Assembly: GCA_016204145.1 (NCBI GenBank)
Contig: JACQLK010000010.1
Location: 1-54,866, forward strand
DNA: 54,866 bases
DNA from: Candidatus Pacearchaeota archaeon
GTDB taxonomy: Archaea > Nanobdellota > Nanobdellia > Pacearchaeales > GW2011-AR1
Direction of reading: 5' to 3'
In this document: in pieces, positions 1-8,327 of the stretch
Layout of the letters: every line of letters starts with the position of its first letter
How positions within the stretch are numbered: position 1 is the first letter of the stretch
Notes under the pieces: generated by a model
Seen by the model: the letters and a program-made list of their open reading frames with translations, nothing else
What the model was told of the DNA's origin: nothing
Databases searched by the model: none
Made by a program: the position numbers and the translations under genes

Positions 1-92
1 CGAAAAAGAGATTATGGGAATTATAGAATAGGAAAAATTAAATGAATAGGATTTTGTTATAATTAAGAATTAGAGATAAAATAACTGCTACA

Positions 93-638
93 TTGATAAA
101 AGATTATCTGTATTGTCCTAGAATGTTTTATTTTAAGCATGTGTTAAATCTTCCCTATTCAGATACTGCGAAAACAATAAAAGGCAAAGAAAAAGAATCT
201 TTGTTCAAAAAACAGACATCGAGAAATAAAATTGTTAAAGACAAACATGAACCAAAATTCGTGAAAAAATATGGGATTTACTTGGATGACGGAGAATTGT
301 CCACAAAGCTGGATTGCATCATGATTGATGAAAATAATAAAGCCGCTTTTCCATTGCAGCTTAAAAATACGAAGACCCCAAAATCCGTTTACAAAACCCA
401 GAGGTTGCAGCTTATGCTAGAATCGTTCCTCATAGAAAAAGTTTTGAAATATAAATCTCCATATGGTTACATAAGATACGCCTTGTCAAATGAATTGATT
501 AAATTAGATTTAAGAGACAAAGGGGAATTATTTGACATTATAACTAGGATTAAAGAACTGATTAAAAGCGAAATATTGCCTCCATCCACAAAATATAAAA
601 AAAGGATTGTTGATAATTGTTACAGGAGATTTTACTGA
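93..638 (+). CDS. cas4: Cas4-like RecB-family nuclease, apparently degenerate
   Basis: The N-terminus (IT)ATLIKDYLYCPRMFYF matches the Cas4 N-terminal Cys motif. KLDCIM...PLQLK resembles the RecB D...ExK motif but has Q in place of E. A QxxxY-like QLMLESF follows. Only one C-terminal Cys (DNCYRRFY-stop) replaces the usual CxxCx5C. The frame is open from 63, so the TTG start at 93 is uncertain. The stop overlaps the effector ATG (TGATG). Confidence 0.6.
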   Translation: MIKDYLYCPRMFYFKHVLNLPYSDTAKTIKGKEKESLFKKQTSRNKIVKDKHEPKFVKKYGIYLDDGELSTKLDCIMIDENNKAAFPLQLKNTKTPKSVYKTQRLQLMLESFLIEKVLKYKSPYGYIRYALSNELIKLDLRDKGELFDIITRIKELIKSEILPPSTKYKKRIVDNCYRRFY

Positions 639-2557
639 TGGGAGAAAAAGTTCAACAAACTATATTCTGTGAAAAATGTGACAAGGAGATAAAAATTCAA
701 AAAAACTATCTTGGAAAAAAAGATGCAATAGAGAAAACAAGAGCCAAGCACGAAAAAAAAGAGCACGCATTAATTACAGGAGTTAAGTTTAAGATATATC
801 CTAAAAAAGAAGAATTAAGCAAACTAAATGACTATTTTAATGACTATGCAAAAGCCATAACTTTTGCTGCCAGAGTTATAGATGAACTAAAATCACCTTT
901 CAAATTTTGCGGGTTATCTATAAGTTGGGTTGAGGATTTAATAGAAAAATATCCAGATAAAGAAGATGTAAAAAAAATTGTAATAAAATATGGATATAGT
1001 CCCAAGCAATTAGAATATGCTTTGGAAATGATTTCAAATAAAAAGAAAGAAAAATATTCATACATTCAGGATAAATGTAACTTTTGTGATTTAGAAACAG
1101 AAATCTTTTATTTAAAATCGGATGGAGGAGTTAAAATATGCAAGCAATGTTATCTTAAAAAATTTAGTGAACAAGGATTGCTAGAAAAAATTTATGCCGC
1201 GAAAGGCAGAAGAGTTAATCCAAGTTTTAATTTATTCAACGTAACAAAAAATCTGTCTAGAACACATAATAATTACATAATCAAAGAAGCCATCCAACTT
1301 CTAGACGCTCTCAAAAAACAAAGAAGAGAAAGAATAGTGAGATTGGCTAAAGACAGAAGAAGGTTAAGACAATTTGAAGAAATGCTTGATGAAGAAAAGA
1401 GATATGAACTTCCTATGAAAGATAGGCAAAGAGAAAAAAGATTTATTCATATAAACCAAAAAGAAAAAGCTTCAGAATTGAGAGGATACACTCACCGAGC
1501 AATAATCGGTAAAATAAAGATTTTAACGAGAAACATCCAAAGAGAACAAAAGTCATTAAATAAAAAATCTCCGATTAATTTTAAAGGCAGTAGAATTAGA
1601 TTGCCCCCCTCTGTAAAATTTAATAAAGAAAAAAGTGAAGTTTCAGTTACAATATCTGATAAGATATCTAAAAAGTTTGAATTTAGTGGTTTAGGGGTTG
1701 CCAATAAACACGGAAAAAGGTTTTTTGAAGAAAAGCTGAAACAAATAGAAGAAAGTAAACCAAAATATTCATATCTTATTAGAAAATTAAAACCAAAATT
1801 TATAGCATTAACAAAAAAAAGGCTAAAAGAGTTGGTTAATGAAAAAGACGATATATACGATTATTATTTACAATATACTTTAGAAGTTTTGCCTGAATTT
1901 AAAGGGAGAGATTATAAAGGCGTTTTAGGTATAGACCGAGGGATAAATACATTAGCTTGTTTAGTTTTTTTGGAAAAGGATAAAAAAATTCCAACATCAG
2001 TAAAATTCTTTAGTGGTAAAGGACTTTTAGAATTTAAGAATAGCAGAAGAAAACAATTATATTTCCTAAAGGGAAAACATAATAAGAAAAAGAAGCAAAA
2101 GAAGATTAGGTTAATAGAACCACGAATTGACCAGATATTACATAGGGTATCTGAACAAATAGTATCGCTGGCTAAAGAGAAAAATGCTGCGATATTCTTG
2201 GAGGATTTACAACAGCCAAAAAAATCAAGATTCAGACAAAAAAGAAGAGTTAAATATAAGTTAAGCCAATTCAACTTCAAAACATTATCTGATTATATTG
2301 AATACAAAGCAAAAAGAGAAGGAATTTTAGTGGATTATGTTCCTCCCGAATTTACGAGTCAAAACTGTTCTCGCTGTGCCATGAATGGAGATATTCACGC
2401 AGATACTCAACGACCTTATAAAAAACCAAATTCAAAAAAACCTTTCACTTCTTTGTTCAAATGCAATAAATGTCAGGTAGAACTTAATTCAGATTATAAC
2501 GCTGCATTTAATATTGCTCAGAAAGGTTTAAAAGTTTTGAATTCCAGTCAATCTTGA
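638..2557 (+). CDS. cas12f: Miniature type V CRISPR effector, Cas12f/Cas14-like (TnpB-derived RuvC nuclease), 639 aa from the ATG at 638
   Basis: The C-terminal half has the split RuvC plus zinc-ribbon layout of TnpB/Cas12: GIDRGINTLA (RuvC-I Asp), AAIFLEDLQ (RuvC-II Glu), CSRC...CNKC zinc ribbon, and NSDYNAAFNIA (RuvC-III Asp). The N-terminus has VKFKIYPKKEELSKLNDYF (TnpB-like WED start) and two further Cys clusters (CEKC..H..H and CNFC-x18-CKQC). It sits between cas4 and a CRISPR array on the same strand. Confidence 0.8.
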   Translation: MGEKVQQTIFCEKCDKEIKIQKNYLGKKDAIEKTRAKHEKKEHALITGVKFKIYPKKEELSKLNDYFNDYAKAITFAARVIDELKSPFKFCGLSISWVEDLIEKYPDKEDVKKIVIKYGYSPKQLEYALEMISNKKKEKYSYIQDKCNFCDLETEIFYLKSDGGVKICKQCYLKKFSEQGLLEKIYAAKGRRVNPSFNLFNVTKNLSRTHNNYIIKEAIQLLDALKKQRRERIVRLAKDRRRLRQFEEMLDEEKRYELPMKDRQREKRFIHINQKEKASELRGYTHRAIIGKIKILTRNIQREQKSLNKKSPINFKGSRIRLPPSVKFNKEKSEVSVTISDKISKKFEFSGLGVANKHGKRFFEEKLKQIEESKPKYSYLIRKLKPKFIALTKKRLKELVNEKDDIYDYYLQYTLEVLPEFKGRDYKGVLGIDRGINTLACLVFLEKDKKIPTSVKFFSGKGLLEFKNSRRKQLYFLKGKHNKKKKQKKIRLIEPRIDQILHRVSEQIVSLAKEKNAAIFLEDLQQPKKSRFRQKRRVKYKLSQFNFKTLSDYIEYKAKREGILVDYVPPEFTSQNCSRCAMNGDIHADTQRPYKKPNSKKPFTSLFKCNKCQVELNSDYNAAFNIAQKGLKVLNSSQS

Positions 2558-2569
2558 GTACCTTTGATG

Positions 2570-2850
2570 AGATGCTATTTGGTAAAATGAATAGCGTTGA
2601 GGTAACGAGATGCCACAAGCTATAGCAGTAATATTCTGCACTATTTTCTACGTAATGTTTAGAATAGGGCAAGTGGAGAAAAGCAAAGGGCGGCGTTGCA
2701 CCGCAGTTAAAGATTCGAAATAATCTAAAAAACTTAGCTGTTGAAAAGAAAGCATTAGCAAGTATAAGTAAGCGGCAATTATTGGTCTCGGCTGATAAAG
2801 TTTACGGATTAATCTTTAATCCCGTTCTGACTTAAAAGTCAGAATTCATT
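2570..2850 (+). ncRNA. Candidate tracrRNA (boundaries approximate)
   Basis: Non-coding spacer between the effector and the array. It contains an 18-bp anti-repeat at 2813-2830 and several local hairpins: gctatt/aatagc near 2573-2596, gcgg/ccgc near 2690-2705, ggatt/aatcc at 2806-2822, and ttctgac/gtcagaa at 2825-2844. Same strand as the effector and crRNA. Confidence 0.45.
2813..2830 (+). other. Anti-repeat segment complementary to the CRISPR repeat
   Basis: tctttaatccc|gttctga pairs antiparallel with repeat nt 10-16 (tcagaac, 7 bp) and nt 20-30 (gggattaagga, 11 bp including one G-U). Repeat nt 17-19 (aaa) bulge out. Confidence 0.6.
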
Positions 2851-2935
2851 TAAAAACAAAATGCAAAAATCACACATTTCAAAAATCTTGGAAAATTTTG
2901 CTTCCTGCGGTCTTTTAGAGCCGAAATTTTTGGCT

Positions 2936-4578
2936 ATTTCACACTCAGAACAAAGGGATTAAGGAATGCAACTATCCCGATGCGCTCTACCCTCAGCCGG
3001 TTATCTCATTTCACACTCAGAACAAAGGGATTAAGGAATGCAACTCCCATTACCGCATTCAGTGCAAGGGTGTCCGTCTATTTCACACTCAGAACAAAGG
3101 GATTAAGGAATGCAACTTCTTTTGAGATAAATTTGTATGGGTAATTTAAGATATTTCACACTCAGAACAAAGGGATTAAGGAATGCAACCGTTTGGGTAA
3201 AATGCTTTTAAAGTGGCAGTTGCTTATTTCACACTCAGAACAAAGGGATTAAGGAATGCAACTTCCTTTGGTTCAGGCGAAGGAATAGTTATTCGGTATT
3301 TCACACTCAGAACAAAGGGATTAAGGAATGCAACAGATTTTCCTTTCAAAACTTCCTCAATTATCTCCTATTTCACACTCAGAACAAAGGGATTAAGGAA
3401 TGCAACAATGTCAAGATGGAACAATCATTGAACTTCAAAATATTTCACACTCAGAACAAAGGGATTAAGGAATGCAACGCTTACGGCGACATATTGCGCC
3501 TTGACGTCGAGGCAATTTCACACTCAGAACAAAGGGATTAAGGAATGCAACAGAATTACAATCCCATCCGGCAATTTCCGGAATGCCATTTCACACTCAG
3601 AACAAAGGGATTAAGGAATGCAACTATTTTTTGCCGCCGGATATTCTTACGGATTTGTCATTTCACACTCAGAACAAAGGGATTAAGGAATGCAACAATG
3701 TCAGAGTGTATTCATAAAAACATAAATGAAAAATTTCACACTCAGAACAAAGGGATTAAGGAATGCAACTGTTCGAGCCCAATGTCGGCAACACGAACTT
3801 TTTGCGGATTTCACACTCAGAACAAAGGGATTAAGGAATGCAACATAAATTCAAAATCCGAGATGTCAATCGTCGTCGTGATTTCACACTCAGAACAAAG
3901 GGATTAAGGAATGCAACTAATAATGCCGTAGCGACGACGACGGGACAGGCACAAATTTCACACTCAGAACAAAGGGATTAAGGAATGCAACTAATTAACG
4001 ACGACGCAGAGCCAGAGGACGATTGGAAATTTCACACTCAGAACAAAGGGATTAAGGAATGCAACAATAACATTATTTATCTGCGTGATGATTGAATTCA
4101 GATTTCACACTCAGAACAAAGGGATTAAGGAATGCAACAAAACGAGCTCGCCGGATTGGGAACCGAGGTCGGATATTTCACACTCAGAACAAAGGGATTA
4201 AGGAATGCAACCGGAACAATCAACTCCGCCACAAGCGGAAGCGTTGACGATTTCACACTCAGAACAAAGGGATTAAGGAATGCAACTATATTCTCGCTTC
4301 TTCTTCAATATCAAACATTTTTATTTCACACTCAGAACAAAGGGATTAAGGAATGCAACTTTTCCCTGCTGTGCTGAATCCCTGGCAAGGGGCTCCATTT
4401 CACACTCAGAACAAAGGGGTTAAGGAATGCAACCGTCGTTGGAGCATAAAATAGAAGATGTTGCCAAAATTTCACACTCAGAACAAAGGGATTAAGGAAT
4501 GCAACCAATGCGTCAAGGATTGCCTGTTTCTCGGAGATCAAATTTCACACTCAGAACAAAGGGGTTAAGGAATGCAAC
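2936..4578 (+). CRISPR. CRISPR array, 23 x 37-nt repeats (ATTTCACACTCAGAACAAAGGGATTAAGGAATGCAAC), 22 spacers of 35-38 nt
   Basis: Repeats counted by eye start at 2936, 3008, 3080, 3153, 3226, 3298, 3370, 3442, 3515, 3588, 3660, 3733, 3808, 3881, 3955, 4029, 4102, 4175, 4250, 4323, 4397, 4469 and 4542. Repeats 21 and 23 carry A>G at repeat position 23 (GGGGTTAAGG). All spacers are unique. Confidence 0.97.
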
Positions 4579-4588
4579 TAATTAAATT

Positions 4589-5125
4589 TTACAATTTCGC
4601 AAACTCTTCAATCATCTTCTTATTCCTTACCTCTGGATGAAATAAAACTCCGTAAATCGGCTTTGTCTTGTGTTTTATCGCCTGCGGAATTTTGCCGTCG
4701 GTGAATTGCTCAAATTCCTTCGGCAATGTCATGTAATTGTTATGTAAATGATAAACTTCGTGTTTTCCAATTAACGATAAAAATTCGCGATTAAATTCCT
4801 CGTTGTAAAACCCGATTTCTGTTTCTTTTTTTATTTTTCCGCCGAAAGCCAAAGAAATAATCTGCATTCCGGCGCAAATTCCGAGAAGGGGCTTTTCAAA
4901 ATACTTAATCCATTGAAACCTGTCAAGATGCTTCAAGTAATCGCAATCTTTCAACGAAGTGCCACAAATTATAATTTGGTCTGCTTTCCTCAAATCGTTT
5001 TCATTAATTTCTTTGTAATGCCTTGTAAAAAATTTTATCTTATTTTTTTTCAATATTTTTTCAATCGGCTTTACAAATTCATAGTAATGCAGCTTTTCCT
5101 TGCAGACGTTTATTATCAGTATCAT
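4589..5125 (-). CDS. Class I glutamine amidotransferase (GMP synthase subunit A-like)
   Basis: LLGICAGMQ (nucleophile Cys) and GVLFHPE (His/Glu of the triad). The 178-aa size fits a stand-alone GATase subunit. Confidence 0.7.
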   Translation of the reverse strand: MILIINVCKEKLHYYEFVKPIEKILKKNKIKFFTRHYKEINENDLRKADQIIICGTSLKDCDYLKHLDRFQWIKYFEKPLLGICAGMQIISLAFGGKIKKETEIGFYNEEFNREFLSLIGKHEVYHLHNNYMTLPKEFEQFTDGKIPQAIKHKTKPIYGVLFHPEVRNKKMIEEFAKL

Positions 5126-5175
5126 GCTTAATATAGGACAATTATATATTTAAATCAATCCAAAATACTTGGATA

Positions 5176-5730
5176 ATGGATGAGTATGACTCTGTGATTG
5201 TTTTGTCCTACAGGCATAATAACGGGGTAATAACCGATCAATCCAAGAACAGGGTGGATTTGGGAATAAGATTATATTCAGAATCGGAAGCCCGTTCTTT
5301 ATGTTTTTCCGGAAAAGCCGCCAAAGCGATGGAGAGTTACGCGAAAGAAAACGGGTTTGAAGGGAGGATTTTACTGGAAGATTCTTCGGAAGACACCGTC
5401 GGAAACGCCCTTTTCACAAAATTGGAATTTTCGCGGAATGAAAAATGGAAAAATTTGCTTGTAGTGTCTTCGGATTATCATATTTCCCGAGTTAAGAAAA
5501 TTTTTAATTTTGTATACGCCGAAAAATTCAATTTGGATTTTTTCGGCTCGGCGGGGAACTTCCCGCCAAAGGATGAAAAATCAGAGGCGGAAAAACTTGA
5601 AATATTTTTGAGTTTCTTTCATGGAATAAAACCGGGAGACGACATGGCAATAATAGGCCGGCTGACTAAATCGCATGAACTGTATAAAAATCGTCCGGAC
5701 CTTAGGGCTCAACTTATGGGGATGTTGTGA
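5176..5730 (+). CDS. DUF218 (YdcF/ElyC-like) family protein
   Basis: The VVSSDYHISR motif and overall layout are typical of DUF218. Confidence 0.55.
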   Translation: MDEYDSVIVLSYRHNNGVITDQSKNRVDLGIRLYSESEARSLCFSGKAAKAMESYAKENGFEGRILLEDSSEDTVGNALFTKLEFSRNEKWKNLLVVSSDYHISRVKKIFNFVYAEKFNLDFFGSAGNFPPKDEKSEAEKLEIFLSFFHGIKPGDDMAIIGRLTKSHELYKNRPDLRAQLMGML

Positions 5731-6446
5731 TTTTTTGGTTAAATTTAAATATCGGAATTATACTATATCTGTTTATGTGGGCATTGAATATTAAAGTTAG
5801 GGAAAAGTGGAATATTTATAATGAACGCGCGTCAAAGTTTAAAGTTAAATTATATTTTTATTCTCAAAATTATTATGAAGAAAAGGGAAAAATATATTTT
5901 GTCGCTTCCGGAATTGTAGAGGGAGAAGAGAACAATAAGAAAAGATTTTTTTCGAGTTTAAAGAGAGACAAGAAGGTTGTTAATTTAGAATGGAATAACG
6001 ATTTCTTCATTTGCACTTATTCCGAAGGAAAAAATAGCAAAAGGTCAAAGGCAGTTAAAGCGGCTTATAATCCAAAACTTATTTTTCTCAAACCAGTTAT
6101 TATTGACGAAGAAGGGCGGGAAGAATGGGAAATTGCCGCTCCAAGCAGAAATGATTTGGGTTTATTCATCAAACACGCGGAAAAACTTGCCAATGTTGAA
6201 TATAAAGTTCTGTATTTTAAAGAAAAGAAAATGGAAAATCTCATGATTTACGCCATGCTTCCAAAACTTACCAACAAGCAAAAGAAAGCGTTGATGTTGG
6301 CCGTGGAAAGAGGATATTACGGATACCCCAGAAAAATAACATTGGAAAAATTGGCAAAACAAATTAATCTTTCCACTTCAACGTTCCAGTTTCATTTGGC
6401 CAAAGCCGAAGCCAAACTAATGCCTTTTTTGGTAAGACAGTATTGA
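5727..6446 (+). CDS. Membrane-anchored HTH_10 (bacterio-opsin activator-type) DNA-binding protein
   Basis: The C-terminus LTNKQKKALMLAVERGYYGYPRKITLEKLAKQINLSTSTFQFHLAKAEAKL matches the archaeal HTH_10 signature. The N-terminus is hydrophobic. Confidence 0.6.
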   Translation: MIFWLNLNIGIILYLFMWALNIKVREKWNIYNERASKFKVKLYFYSQNYYEEKGKIYFVASGIVEGEENNKKRFFSSLKRDKKVVNLEWNNDFFICTYSEGKNSKRSKAVKAAYNPKLIFLKPVIIDEEGREEWEIAAPSRNDLGLFIKHAEKLANVEYKVLYFKEKKMENLMIYAMLPKLTNKQKKALMLAVERGYYGYPRKITLEKLAKQINLSTSTFQFHLAKAEAKLMPFLVRQY

Positions 6447-6513
6447 CTTTTGTATATCGGAATATTCCGATAAAAATTATTTATAGATATTCTATTTTTT
6501 GTTAGCAATAAAA

Positions 6514-7536
6514 ATGGCACAGATGTTATTGGAACAGCCGATGAAAGCGGCAATTAAAATTGGTTATAACTCTTTGGAATATTCGGAGCTAGAGCAAAAG
6601 TTACATGATGTCAAAGAGAATATTACCCCAGAAATGCGTAGAATTGTAAGAAGTTACGAGGACGATCCTTCGCTAAGAAGAATAATTTTAAACGGGATTC
6701 CAAAAGAAGGATCTTATCACAGGGGATCTTTAATAAGCATTTCTTCCGGAGCAAGGGGAGAAAAAGAAGACATCTCACTTGCCGCAGCAGGAGAGTTGTT
6801 CTATTGGGCAACTGCATGGCTTGATGACATTGCGGATGATAATACTTTCAGGCAAACGGTCCAATCCGTCAGAAAATCCGCCGGCGACGGCGTTGCCATG
6901 TACTCCTCCAATGTATTATACGGCATTGTGATGAGGGCAATAATGGATCAGTTTAGGAATACTCCCATCAAACTTGCAAGGATTCTGGACTATGTTTCCC
7001 ATAATTTTTATATTATAAATAAAGGACAGGCAAGGGACATGCTTTTGGCTCAAAAACCCTTAAGGGATGTTAGCGTTCAGGATTATATCAAGCTTATCGA
7101 AGAAACAACAGGAGTGGATGTGGCCACAAGTTTGGCTATAGGGGGAATTTCGGCAGAACTTGACGAAGAAACGCAGCAAAACCTTTATGGATTCGGTTTG
7201 AATTTGGGAACTTTGGCCCAAATTAGAGACGATGTATTGGATTACTGCGACGCGAAAGATTCGGAAGGCAATTATATAATTGGAAAATTGCCCTTTAGGG
7301 ATTCTGAAACCGGAAAGAAAAGATTGCCTTTATTGTTAACAGGAGATGCTAATATGAGAAGAATTCCAGACATGGTTTATGACCAAATTGAAAATGATTT
7401 TATAACAAAAAGAAGAAATGATGCTGAAGCATACATTGACGGAGCAAATATAAACGAGGATTCAAAACAATTATTGAGAGGCATATTAAAATATTGGAGT
7501 GATATAAGATTGTTTCAACAGCTTGCTTCTAATTAA
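6514..7536 (+). CDS. Polyprenyl (trans-isoprenyl) diphosphate synthase
   Basis: Two Asp-rich motifs: WLDDIADD (DDxxD) and QIRDDVLDY (DDxxD). The ATG at 6514 is preferred over the TTG at 6499. Confidence 0.8.
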   Translation: MAQMLLEQPMKAAIKIGYNSLEYSELEQKLHDVKENITPEMRRIVRSYEDDPSLRRIILNGIPKEGSYHRGSLISISSGARGEKEDISLAAAGELFYWATAWLDDIADDNTFRQTVQSVRKSAGDGVAMYSSNVLYGIVMRAIMDQFRNTPIKLARILDYVSHNFYIINKGQARDMLLAQKPLRDVSVQDYIKLIEETTGVDVATSLAIGGISAELDEETQQNLYGFGLNLGTLAQIRDDVLDYCDAKDSEGNYIIGKLPFRDSETGKKRLPLLLTGDANMRRIPDMVYDQIENDFITKRRNDAEAYIDGANINEDSKQLLRGILKYWSDIRLFQQLASN

Positions 7537-7605
7537 AGCATATTCTTTTTTTCATCTCACCTCAACCCCCTCCTCTCGGCAAATTTCATAATTTGACGTA
7601 GGCGT

Positions 7606-8277
7606 TTATTCAACATCAATTTCCCTACTCCAGCTATTTCCCTCTCCAAAATCCTCAAAAGATTTTATTTTTAATTTTCTTTTGAACAATTTCGGGGCGT
7701 AAAGAACAAACGTCTCAAACTCCCCGCCCTCTCCGGCGGGATTTATTTTATATTTTTCCTGCAATTTTTTTATTTCTTCAACAAACTTTTTATCAATTTT
7801 TCTTCCGAGCCATTTCTCGTCAAGAGGATATGCAAAAACGCCTGTAATTATTATCTCAAACTTGTTTTTTATCAGTCCTTCAAGCAGCTCAATCTGATCC
7901 ATTTGCCAAAGTGGATTGAAACACTCCAAATTCAATTCATTGCAAATTTTCTGAATTCTTGACGCCTGATAAACCGACTCAACAGCTCCAGTGACAATTC
8001 CTTCAATTTTGAATTTCTCCTTTGCTTTTTTTATCGCCTTTTTCAAATCATTCAATTCTTTTTCCTTTTCGCCTTTTGTTTTACGAATTATTATCGGAAT
8101 TTCCATCGCTTCCGCCTGTTTTTCCGTCTTTGAAACCGACGGCGTGTGAAACATATAGCTTTCCTTGTTTTCAGAAATTATGGAAATTAAACACGCAATT
8201 TCATATCCGTTCTTTTTTGCGAGCCACGCCGCGAAAGTTGAATCCTTTCCTCCGGAAAACAAAACGCCGAGTTTCAT
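7606..8277 (-). CDS. dph6: Diphthine-ammonia ligase / MJ0570-family N-type ATP pyrophosphatase
   Basis: MKLGVLFSGGKDS PP-loop, YMFHTP, and GAVESVYQ..R motifs. Confidence 0.75.
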   Translation of the reverse strand: MKLGVLFSGGKDSTFAAWLAKKNGYEIACLISIISENKESYMFHTPSVSKTEKQAEAMEIPIIIRKTKGEKEKELNDLKKAIKKAKEKFKIEGIVTGAVESVYQASRIQKICNELNLECFNPLWQMDQIELLEGLIKNKFEIIITGVFAYPLDEKWLGRKIDKKFVEEIKKLQEKYKINPAGEGGEFETFVLYAPKLFKRKLKIKSFEDFGEGNSWSREIDVE

Positions 8278-8327
8278 TATTATCTTTAATGAAGAAAGTT
8301 TAAAAACTGTTTATTGTCTAAGGGAAT

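Noticed and set aside
1-45. Possible 3' end of an upstream gene (frame 1 ends ...YRIGKIK-stop at 43-45), perhaps cas2 or cas1
   Set aside because: Only 14 codons are visible. This is too short to identify.
617-637. TTG start at 617 for the effector ORF
   Set aside because: The ATG at 638 overlaps the cas4 stop (TGATG), which is the typical coupled arrangement. The 7 extra codons lie inside cas4.
3213-4541. Track ORFs 3213-3431, 3545-3907, 4132-4377 (+) and 4332-4541 (-) with the repeating peptide FTLRTKGLRNAT
   Set aside because: They are read-through translations of the CRISPR repeats. The periodic peptide is the repeat itself, not a protein.
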